A stretch of DNA of 64,000 nucleotides, taken from Myxococcota bacterium. Its GTDB lineage: Bacteria; Myxococcota; UBA4151. Positions 1 through 8,125 of this stretch are shown here, in pieces. The notes below the pieces were generated by a model that saw nothing but the letters and a program-made list of their open reading frames with translations, was not told the origin of the DNA and searched no databases. Made by a program: the position numbers and the translations under genes. The DNA lies in assembly GCA_036338695.1 (NCBI GenBank), contig JAYZBQ010000048.1, positions 256,001 to 320,000 of the forward strand, given 5' to 3'. How positions within the stretch are numbered: the first letter of the stretch is position 1; every line of letters begins with the position of its first letter.

Positions 1-2
1 CC

Positions 3-812
3 GGCTTAGTCGGGCGAAAGATCTCCGCAACGCTCGCCTCAACCGGCGTGCCAAGCTTCTTTCTTCATCCAGCCGAGGCGGCGCACGGTGACCTCGGTCA
101 GGTCGTCGACGGTGACCTCATCCTCGCCCTGTCCAACTCGGGCCGAACAGCGGAGCTCCTGCGCCTGCTCCCTGAGCTCGATCGCCTAAGCCTACCCCTG
201 ATCGCCATCACAGCGGCTCATGACTCACCGCTCGGAGCCGGCTCGACGGTCTGTCTTGAGCTCGGGCGCGTCGACGAAGCCTGTCCGATCGGGCTTGCGC
301 CAACCACCTCGAGCACCGTGATGCTCGCGCTCGGTGATGCGCTCGCGATGGCCGCGGCCGAGGCGAAGGGCACAAGCCGTGAAGACTTCGCGCGCGTGCA
401 CCCCGGGGGCAACTTGGGGCGCAGCCTGACGCCGATCGGCGAGCTGATGAGGCGAGGTGAGCGGCTGCCGAAGCTGAGCTTGCCTGCGACGCTGCGCGAC
501 GCCGTCTCGGTGATGGGCGCTACTCCAGGGCGGCCTGGCTGTGCGCTGATCGTCGATCCGGACGAGCGGCTGCTCGGGGTCTTCACCGACGGCGACCTCA
601 GGCGACTCGTCGCCGCTGAGCGGGCGCAGCTCGATCAACCGATCGAGCACCTGATGACCCGTCAGCCCCTGCGCCTTGCGCCCGACGACCGAGCGCTGGA
701 CGCCGAGGCGGCTCTGAGCATGCGCTCGATTGACCAAGCGCCGGTCCTCGACGCACACGATCGCCTGGTTGGCTTGATCGACATCCAGGACCTCGCCAAA
801 GGCGGCGGCTAG
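3..812 (+). CDS. kdsD: KdsD/GutQ-family arabinose-5-phosphate isomerase (SIS + 2 CBS), 5'-truncated by window edge
   Basis: Frame open from nt 3 (GLVGRKISATLASTGVPSFFLHPAEAAHGDLG); also LAPTTSST, HPGGNLG and CBS motif GVFTDGDLRR. Confidence 0.9.
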   Translation, partial: GLVGRKISATLASTGVPSFFLHPAEAAHGDLGQVVDGDLILALSNSGRTAELLRLLPELDRLSLPLIAITAAHDSPLGAGSTVCLELGRVDEACPIGLAPTTSSTVMLALGDALAMAAAEAKGTSREDFARVHPGGNLGRSLTPIGELMRRGERLPKLSLPATLRDAVSVMGATPGRPGCALIVDPDERLLGVFTDGDLRRLVAAERAQLDQPIEHLMTRQPLRLAPDDRALDAEAALSMRSIDQAPVLDAHDRLVGLIDIQDLAKGGG

Positions 813-2767
813 CGGCGCGTCGCTCGAAATACGAAGTCGCCGCTCCAGCGCTGGCCGGATCCGAGCTGAATGGGGATCAGCGCCATCAGCTCAATTCCTT
901 GGAGGGTGCTGCGCAGCGCGCCTCGATCGCGATGCTCGGTGTGAACGGGCTGCGTGATCAACTCTACCCGCCCTGGGAAAATCACCGAGAACTGCAAACG
1001 GGCGCTCGGCGACGCCCACTGAACGCTCGCCGCCTCATCACGCACGGGCTCATCCCAGTCGCGGACCTGATCACCCACGCGGATTTTGCTCCCCTCTCCC
1101 GGCGGTAAACTGACCTGCAAGGTCTCGACCAGGTAACCTCTGACCGCATGATGAGCCGGCGTCTCGATGGTCAAAGACATCGTCATCTCAGCGCCCGACT
1201 GCGTCGCTTGATAGCGCTTGTTGATGACCACGTCGTGCGCCGCACCCACCGGTCCTGACGTCGACAACTCCAGCTCGTCATCACGAACCTCAGCGGCGTA
1301 CTCGCACCCCGAAAAATCACCAATAAAATTCGATGAAAAAACATCTTCAGAGCGGTTCACAAACCGCTCCGTGAGCGACCACCTCGGACCGCTCAGGTCG
1401 CTGAGGTCATCGTAGTGCTCTGGGTACCTGCCCATCGTATGCGCTACATCCCAGGGCAAGCCCGAGACCTCGATCCCGACCAAGGCTCCGCCAGCGCTCG
1501 GACAAAATGTCCACCGCCCGCGCGTCCCCTTGAGCGTGATGCCTTGCGTCCCATCGGGCAAGAGCTGCCGGCGCTCATGACGGATGCCGTTGAGCGCCTT
1601 GGGGTCCGCTTTGGCGGCGGACTCTAAGTAATCCAGATACTCTTCGATGTCGCGCAGTCGACCGTGGACCGCCTGGCGCAAGACGGGGTTGTAGATCCCG
1701 CTCCGATCACCATGCTGAAACGCCTCGTGCCCTTGAGCCTGCAGGATCCCTGCCCACATACGCTCGCGCCAGTAGGTCGGCAGCTGGGCGCGCTCCACCC
1801 GCTCAGCGAGCTGCAGCGCCCGGCTGTACATCGCGCCCGCCTCTGAATACCGAGCCAAAAAGCTGCTCCAGCGACCGCCTGCCACCAGATTAAGCCCTTG
1901 GTGACCACCCTTTTTAGCGGCGCTCTCGAGGATCCGAGCGCGCCGGCGGCCTGCCTCGACCGGCAGAGACCAAGTGCCCATCGCACGATGGCTCCCTAAG
2001 CCCGGATACACCAGCGGCCCGGGCTCAGACTCGATGAGGGTTTTGGGCAGCACAAACTGCAGCGAAGGGGCGGCGTCGAGGTCGGCGATGAACCGCTCGA
2101 TCTGCGCCCCCTTCGGAAACGCTTGAGGGTCGCTCGAGAGCGCCAAGAGGTCGCCAGACCAGACCAGCAACGAGCGCCCCGCCTGAGCCTGTTCGGACCA
2201 AGCCCCCAGGCTCTGGACGAGCTGCGTCTCATCGCCCCGCTCACAGGCGAGGCCCAAAATGGAGACTCCCCCTTGCTCAAGACGCAGTGGGGCGCTCAGC
2301 CCACTCGTATCGCACCCAGCGGCGTCGATGGGGTCCGTCGGGCACAAAACATAGCGGTAACCCGCGGCTTCAAGGAGTGAAATAACCGAAGGCTCAAACA
2401 CCTGCTCGGGCAACCAAACGCCGCTAAGATCGAGCCGGAGCTGATCAGAAAAAAATCGATGCGTTCGTGCCAGCTGAGCCTGAGCCGAGCGCGCCGGCAA
2501 GGCACATAGCACCGGGTCGTAATAACCCCCACCGACTAACTCGATCTGCCCGCTCTGAGAGAGCCCTGCGAGCTGGACCAGCCGTTCGCTGCGATGGCGG
2601 AGCAAGAAATCGAGGACATGTCCGCCTAAGTGCAGACCCAGCCGAACATGCGGACGGGTCTGCAGCGCATCGAGCAGCGCGCTCAGCGGACCATCCACCG
2701 CCTGCGCTAAGCGAAGCTGCGGTGTCCCAAGTGGCAATCCACAATGAAGCACCGCCGCACAACGCAT
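809..2767 (-). CDS. GH57 alpha-amylase/4-alpha-glucanotransferase-like protein, divergent
   Basis: ELVGGGYYDPVL and GVWLPEQVFEP (GH57 nucleophile region); FLARYSEA and GIYNPVLRQAV; C-terminal beta domain. Confidence 0.75.
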   Translation of the reverse strand: MRCAAVLHCGLPLGTPQLRLAQAVDGPLSALLDALQTRPHVRLGLHLGGHVLDFLLRHRSERLVQLAGLSQSGQIELVGGGYYDPVLCALPARSAQAQLARTHRFFSDQLRLDLSGVWLPEQVFEPSVISLLEAAGYRYVLCPTDPIDAAGCDTSGLSAPLRLEQGGVSILGLACERGDETQLVQSLGAWSEQAQAGRSLLVWSGDLLALSSDPQAFPKGAQIERFIADLDAAPSLQFVLPKTLIESEPGPLVYPGLGSHRAMGTWSLPVEAGRRRARILESAAKKGGHQGLNLVAGGRWSSFLARYSEAGAMYSRALQLAERVERAQLPTYWRERMWAGILQAQGHEAFQHGDRSGIYNPVLRQAVHGRLRDIEEYLDYLESAAKADPKALNGIRHERRQLLPDGTQGITLKGTRGRWTFCPSAGGALVGIEVSGLPWDVAHTMGRYPEHYDDLSDLSGPRWSLTERFVNRSEDVFSSNFIGDFSGCEYAAEVRDDELELSTSGPVGAAHDVVINKRYQATQSGAEMTMSLTIETPAHHAVRGYLVETLQVSLPPGEGSKIRVGDQVRDWDEPVRDEAASVQWASPSARLQFSVIFPGRVELITQPVHTEHRDRGALRSTLQGIELMALIPIQLGSGQRWSGDFVFRATRR

Positions 2768-3921
2768 TACCCTAAACCCAGCCTCGCCTTTGCGATCACT
2801 TTACCAGCCTCAACACCGGGCTGATCAAAGGGGTCGAGATCTAGGTACGACCCAAGCAATGCCGTAGCGCGCATCCAATTCTGCATGCAAGCCGCTACGC
2901 TCTGCGCAGTCGGCTCAAGCCGAAGACGAAGCACCGGTCGACCTCGATCACTCAGCGCTTGGCTGTTGGCGTCAAACAGGATCCGCTCCATGGCGGTCAG
3001 GTCGGTCGCGCCGAGACCTAAAAGGTCAGGGCCTTCTCCCGGCGTCGCTGCCGGGCGATCCCAATGCGAAAAGATCAACGCTTGGCGATCAGCGCCCTCC
3101 ATCAACAGCTGCAAGATCGAGTGCTGGTCGCGCGGCCCCTCGGCGGCGGCGACATAGAGCGGAAGGCCCTGTTTACCCAGGCTCTCGCTGAGCAACTGAA
3201 GCCACCAACCTGCGAGCCCGCTCAACGCCTTTCCATAGAAAAACCCGAGCCAGCGATCGTGGCCACCGGCGAGCAGGTGATGGAGGTCGCCGGCCCACTG
3301 GAAAGCCTGCGCAGGGTCGGCGTTGCGCGCACCCTCGAGCAGGTCCTCGACCGGGAGCTTGAGCGCCGACGCAGGCAAAAGACCGCAAGGCGTCAAGACA
3401 GAGAACCGACCGCCGACGTCATCTGGGATCGACAGCGTAGGCCACGCCCGCTCAGCGGCGAGCCGCCCGAGCGGACTGTCCGGGCTTGCGGTCACCGCCG
3501 CAACCCGCTCGAAGCGCCAGCGCCCGAGCAATTCACGCAACCACGCCATCACCTCCAAAGTCGTCCCGCTGCGGCTGATGACCATCAAGCCCAGCTTGGC
3601 GCCTTGGGAGCCGTCGAGCTCGTGCTCAAGCGTACCGAGATCGAGATGATCGAGCAGAACCAGGCGGTCCGCCTCGCGACGATCGGCGAGCGCGTCTACC
3701 AAAGCCCGCAGGCCCATGGCAGAGCCGCCGATCCCGAGGACCACGAGCTTATCACAGTCATGAAAGGTTGCGCCCAGATCGATCGCCTCTTGCTGCTGCG
3801 CTCGGTCACGATCCAAACAGCGCTCATAGCCGCTCGTGCCGCTAAGAAAGACCTCGGCCGTAGGCTGCTGACTCAGCGTACGCATCGGCCAGCGCGTCAT
3901 GGGTTCGACGTGAATCGTCAT
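2767..3921 (-). CDS. pgi: Glucose-6-phosphate isomerase (short form)
   Basis: VLGIGGS, ISRSGTT, VGGRFSVLT, QLLSESLGK, DQHS, PFDQPGVEAGK. Confidence 0.88.
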   Translation of the reverse strand: MTIHVEPMTRWPMRTLSQQPTAEVFLSGTSGYERCLDRDRAQQQEAIDLGATFHDCDKLVVLGIGGSAMGLRALVDALADRREADRLVLLDHLDLGTLEHELDGSQGAKLGLMVISRSGTTLEVMAWLRELLGRWRFERVAAVTASPDSPLGRLAAERAWPTLSIPDDVGGRFSVLTPCGLLPASALKLPVEDLLEGARNADPAQAFQWAGDLHHLLAGGHDRWLGFFYGKALSGLAGWWLQLLSESLGKQGLPLYVAAAEGPRDQHSILQLLMEGADRQALIFSHWDRPAATPGEGPDLLGLGATDLTAMERILFDANSQALSDRGRPVLRLRLEPTAQSVAACMQNWMRATALLGSYLDLDPFDQPGVEAGKVIAKARLGLG

Positions 3922-3990
3922 CGAATCGGCTCCTCACTCATGCCATTTTCGGAAGACGCCTACCGGCAAACGTAAAAGAACGCTCGTTCT

Positions 3991-5160
3991 TTAATGCGGC
4001 ATCTGTGTGACTTCTCGCTCAAGCGCTTCGACCAAGCGCTCAAGGTCACGCTGCGTGGTGTACTGCTGACAGCTAAGACGCAAAATGCGCCGCCCCGAGC
4101 AGCTCATCACCGGCACCTCGATCTGATACGCCTCGATCAAGCGGCGCTGCAGCGGGTCCGTCGCCAAGTGGTGCAGCTTAGGCACCGTCGGGAGCGGCAA
4201 AACGACGCTCACCATCGCTGCGAACATCGAGCGAGGAGCGGTCGGTTCAAAGCCGAGGCGGTCGCGGATCAAGTCGGCGCCGGCTTGAGCCATTGCGTTG
4301 TTCCGACGCATCAGCCCGGTCAACCCCTCGGGGTGACACGCTGCGAGCGCATCGAGCGCCAACGGGATGGAGAGCCACGCGCTCGGGTCGAACGTCCCCG
4401 TCCAGTCATAGCAATCGTGCCACCGCTCAGCGACGGGGAGGTTCATGCCATGGCTCAGCGCACAAGGAAGGATCTCGTCTCGGAGGTCTTTGCGGACATG
4501 AAGGAAGGCTGAGCCAAGCGGGGCGCAGGTCCATTTGTGCAGGTTCGCGGCGGTAAACGCGGCGCCACAACGCGTCAGCGCCATCGGCGTCAAACCCGGG
4601 CTATGCGCTGCGTCGACCAAGGTCTCAACGTCACGCTGTTTGAGCTCAGCGACCAAGCGCTCGATCGGGAGCACCCACCCCGTCGGGCTGATCACGGCGT
4701 CGAGCAGGGCGAACCGTGTCCGCTCGGTCACGGCCTCGAGCACCTGCGCAACGACCGCCTCATCCGACGCGATCGGTACCGGTAGCGAGACCACAACCAC
4801 GCGGGCGCCCGCTCGCTCCGCGACATAATCAAGTGCGGCGCGACAGGCGCCGTAGGCTTGATCGAGGACGATCAGCTCGTCACCTTCCGACAGCTTCAAG
4901 CTGCGCAATACCGAGCTCACGCCGTAGGTCGCGTTGGGGACGAGGACCACCTCATCGGCTGGCGCCCCCGCAAGCTGTGCGACCCGTCGCCGCACCTTCT
5001 CGAGCTCGGGCAGGTACTCATCGAGCATAAACCGGAGCGGCTGACGCTCGAGCCGCCGACGCCAACGCTCTTGCTCGGCGGCGACGCGCTCTAAGCGAGC
5101 GCCGAACGAGCCATGATTCAAAAAGGTCCACTGCGGGTCCAGCTGCCAGACCGGTTCCAT
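3991..5160 (-). CDS. Class V PLP enzyme (isopenicillin-N-epimerase / cysteine desulfhydrase / EgtE-Egt2-like C-S lyase)
   Basis: FLNHGSFG, VDAAH and ANLHKW (PLP Lys). Start moved to ATG 5160 (GAGG upstream); the ORF-track extension overlaps the opposite-strand gene. Confidence 0.85.
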   Translation of the reverse strand: MEPVWQLDPQWTFLNHGSFGARLERVAAEQERWRRRLERQPLRFMLDEYLPELEKVRRRVAQLAGAPADEVVLVPNATYGVSSVLRSLKLSEGDELIVLDQAYGACRAALDYVAERAGARVVVVSLPVPIASDEAVVAQVLEAVTERTRFALLDAVISPTGWVLPIERLVAELKQRDVETLVDAAHSPGLTPMALTRCGAAFTAANLHKWTCAPLGSAFLHVRKDLRDEILPCALSHGMNLPVAERWHDCYDWTGTFDPSAWLSIPLALDALAACHPEGLTGLMRRNNAMAQAGADLIRDRLGFEPTAPRSMFAAMVSVVLPLPTVPKLHHLATDPLQRRLIEAYQIEVPVMSCSGRRILRLSCQQYTTQRDLERLVEALEREVTQMPH

Positions 5161-5196
5161 ATCGAAACCCTCCTCAAAAGAGGCTAAACACACCTC

Positions 5197-7044
5197 GTGA
5201 TGACTCGACGCTCTCTTCAGCTCTGCCTTTTGCTCGCGTTCTTCGGCTGTGCGCAAGAGGAGCGAGGTCAGACCATCCCCTACGCCGAGACTCCCAGCTC
5301 CATGGGCTGGCTGGACGTCCCGTGGCCGAGCGATCTGCGACTCAACGCAAACGGTCGGCCGCGCCTGTTCTCTTATCCCGACCCTCAAGCCTCCGAGCTC
5401 GTGCGCGCAGCGATCGCGCTGGCCGAGTCGCGGCGCGGGTTTGCGCTCCAACCTACGATCTATCTCGAGCTCGGCGCTCAGGCGGCGCCCGAGCTGCTTG
5501 CGCTGGACCCAGAGGAGGCGCTCCAAGCGGACGCTCCCATCCAACTGCTCGCGCTTGACGGCCCTCCTGAGCGACGCCCCCTGTTGATCGCTCAAGGAGG
5601 CGCTAACGACTGGATGACCCCGACGACGCTGCATGCGCGCCCCTTGTTCGGATGGCCGCTTCGCCCGAGGCAGCGCTATGCGCTCGTGGCCACCAAGGCG
5701 CTCCAAGCACGAGACGCCAGCGCGCCCTTCCGTCCGGTCGAACTGATCCAACAAGGGCTCGCAGGTCAGGGCGCGCAGGCGAGCTATCTTGCGCCCTTGC
5801 GAGCACGGCTCACCGATTACGGTCTAGCGACCGATCAGATCCTCGTTGCGACGGTCTTTACGACCGCCGACCCGCTCGAAGAATTCCGCTCGCTGAGCGA
5901 CGCGCAGCGGGCGCTGCCGACCCCGGCGCTGAGCGCGCCCTGGGCGCCGCCCGAGCCGCCGGCGCCGCGTGTCTACGAGGCCGAATACCGAGCGCCTCTT
6001 TGGCAACATGGCGCCAAGCCCTATGCCTCCGAAGGCGGCGGCTTTGTGTTCGAGGGCGACGCGCCCGTTCAAGCGACGAGCGACGAGGTCATGCGGCTCG
6101 CGATCTCCATCCCCCAGGGCGAGCCGCCCGAGCGGGGCTGGCCGGTCGTCATCTACCATCACGGCACTGGCGGCAGCTACCGCTCATTCCTCGAGAGCTC
6201 AGGGTCGTTTGCCCAAGACCTCAACCGCCAAGGTCTCGCCATGATCGGGCTGGATCAGCCGCTGCATGGCCTGCGTGCCGTCGCCGGGACCAACACCGAG
6301 TGGCACACCTTCAACCCCTTTAATCTCGAAGCGAGCGCCGCCAACCTAAGACAAGGTGCGCTCGATCTTTTGTTGCTGCATCGCATGATCCAAAAGGGGG
6401 CGCTCAACAGCGCCGAGCCACGCATAGCGCTCGATCCCCAGCGCATTTTTCTCTTCGGTCACAGCCAAGGCGGCCTAACGGGCGCGCTGGCGCTTCCAGA
6501 GCTTGCCGAGCTCCCCTGCGCCATCATGAGCGGAACCGGTGGTGCGCTCAGCCTCACCCTGCTCGAGCGCAAGGACCCCATCAACATCGCCGAGGCGCTC
6601 GCTGGCTGGGGCGGTGCGCAAACGCCGCTCTTTGCGAGCCACCCCCTGATCAGCCTGATCCAGCACGCCTTCGAGCCCAGCGACCCCATCACCGCGGCGC
6701 CAGCCTGGCAGACAAGCGGTCAACACCATCTGCTCCTCACCTCCGGACAGCGGGATCAACAGACCCCTGCTTCGACTGCCGATGCGCTTGCGATGGCGGC
6801 GCTCATCCCCCAGATCGAGCCCATCGCCAACGACCTCTGGCGCCAAGAGCTCGAAGGGATCTCGCCGCAGTCAGGGTCTCTTTCAGCGAACGCAGTGATC
6901 GGTGACCAGCGCATCACCGCCGCCTACCGACAGAGCCAAGGTGGTGACCACTTCGTCATCTTTAACTCGACGCCGCTGCGCCGGATGGTGACGCGCTTTC
7001 TCACCAGCTGCGCGGCCGGTCAACCGACCGTGAGCGGCCGATGA
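5197..7044 (+). CDS. Lipoprotein with Ig-like N-terminus and alpha/beta-hydrolase (lipase/esterase-like) domain
   Basis: Lipobox-like FFGC; PWPSD, VVIYHHGTGG, DQPLHG; nucleophile elbow GHSQG. Confidence 0.75.
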   Translation: MMTRRSLQLCLLLAFFGCAQEERGQTIPYAETPSSMGWLDVPWPSDLRLNANGRPRLFSYPDPQASELVRAAIALAESRRGFALQPTIYLELGAQAAPELLALDPEEALQADAPIQLLALDGPPERRPLLIAQGGANDWMTPTTLHARPLFGWPLRPRQRYALVATKALQARDASAPFRPVELIQQGLAGQGAQASYLAPLRARLTDYGLATDQILVATVFTTADPLEEFRSLSDAQRALPTPALSAPWAPPEPPAPRVYEAEYRAPLWQHGAKPYASEGGGFVFEGDAPVQATSDEVMRLAISIPQGEPPERGWPVVIYHHGTGGSYRSFLESSGSFAQDLNRQGLAMIGLDQPLHGLRAVAGTNTEWHTFNPFNLEASAANLRQGALDLLLLHRMIQKGALNSAEPRIALDPQRIFLFGHSQGGLTGALALPELAELPCAIMSGTGGALSLTLLERKDPINIAEALAGWGGAQTPLFASHPLISLIQHAFEPSDPITAAPAWQTSGQHHLLLTSGQRDQQTPASTADALAMAALIPQIEPIANDLWRQELEGISPQSGSLSANAVIGDQRITAAYRQSQGGDHFVIFNSTPLRRMVTRFLTSCAAGQPTVSGR

Positions 7045-8048
7045 ACGCCCAGCTGATGCGGCGCGCCCTGGCGCTCCCCGCGCCGCTGCTGCGCCCGCTT
7101 CACAGGACGGCTCCGATCGGCGCTGCGGTCCCGCCTGCGGCGCGCCAGCTCAACCTCAGCCACCCCTCAGGCTGGCTCGCTGCCGCGGCCGAGCTCCAGA
7201 CCTATGCCGGTCCACACGGTGAGGTACATTATGAACGCAACGGGGTCACCGCCTTTGCGCTCGGAACCGAAGGCGTCGACGCCCGAGCGCTCAGCGACTG
7301 GTCGCGCGCGATGCGCCGACAAGGGGCTCGCCACACGCTGCTCTTTCCCCTGGCGCTCTGGCAACGCCCTGCGCTCCATGCCTGCGGTTTCGACACGCTC
7401 ACCGTCGGTCAAGAAGCGGAGGTCTACCTCCCCGCTTATCACCGCACGGGCGGCGCCTATGCCAACCTGCGCCACATGCTACGCCGCGCCCACCGAAACG
7501 GGCTCCAAGCGGTCGTGAGCGGCCAGCTTCCCGGGGCAGCTCAAGCGCTCGAGCGCCCCTGGCGCGCCGGCCGGGCGCAGCCCGAGCGCATGCGCCTACT
7601 CGTCGGCTTGCACGGTGCCTGCGACCGAGCGCTCTTCGCCGTGGTTTCGACCCGATGCGGCACGCCCGTCGCTTATGTCGAGGCTCGGCCGGGCTTTGAC
7701 GGGCGCGGCTATGGTGTGGACGGGATGGTTCGCGCGCCGGGCGCTCCGGCGGGGGCGATGGAGCTCGCGCTCAACAGCCTGCTTGAGCACCGACGAGAGG
7801 CGGGAGACACGTGGTTCAGTCTCGGCGCCGTCCCCCTGCAAGGTATGGACCGCAGCCGGCCCCTTCTCGCCCTGATCTGTCGCGGGCTGCGCGAGACGGC
7901 GCTCGGCAACCAACTCTTCCACTTCTCAGGCCTGCAGCGGTTCAAGGCGAAGTTTGCGCCCCAATGGCGTCCGGTTCTGATCGGCGATTACCGCCGCGTC
8001 GGCATCCGCTCGCTGTATGAGGGCTGTCGGCTTTGGGGACTTTTCTAG
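7041..8048 (+). CDS. Stand-alone aminoacyl-phosphatidylglycerol synthase C-terminal (MprF/DUF2156-like) domain protein
   Basis: VGQEAEV, NLRHMLRRA, APAGAME, FSLGAVPL, FSGLQRFKAKFAPQW; no membrane flippase region. Confidence 0.75.
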   Translation: MNAQLMRRALALPAPLLRPLHRTAPIGAAVPPAARQLNLSHPSGWLAAAAELQTYAGPHGEVHYERNGVTAFALGTEGVDARALSDWSRAMRRQGARHTLLFPLALWQRPALHACGFDTLTVGQEAEVYLPAYHRTGGAYANLRHMLRRAHRNGLQAVVSGQLPGAAQALERPWRAGRAQPERMRLLVGLHGACDRALFAVVSTRCGTPVAYVEARPGFDGRGYGVDGMVRAPGAPAGAMELALNSLLEHRREAGDTWFSLGAVPLQGMDRSRPLLALICRGLRETALGNQLFHFSGLQRFKAKFAPQWRPVLIGDYRRVGIRSLYEGCRLWGLF

Positions 8049-8059
8049 GCTCGAGGCTT

Positions 8060-8101
8060 AGGCGCAGGTTTTGCCTGCGGCGAATTCCCCGCTAAGCTCT
8101 G
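8060..8101 (+). promoter_or_regulatory. Candidate promoter of the Cys-rich repeat gene
   Basis: TTGCCT(8071)-N16-TAAGCT(8093); the overlapping AGGCGC-N5-TTGC(8060) also fits sigma54 -24/-12 spacing. Confidence 0.4.
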
Positions 8102-8125
8102 GTTGGGACCGATGAGGAGTCTGAG

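Noticed and set aside
5161..5754. N-terminal extension of the 587-aa ORF
   Set aside because: Overlaps the opposite-strand lipoprotein gene; family motifs begin at ATG 5160
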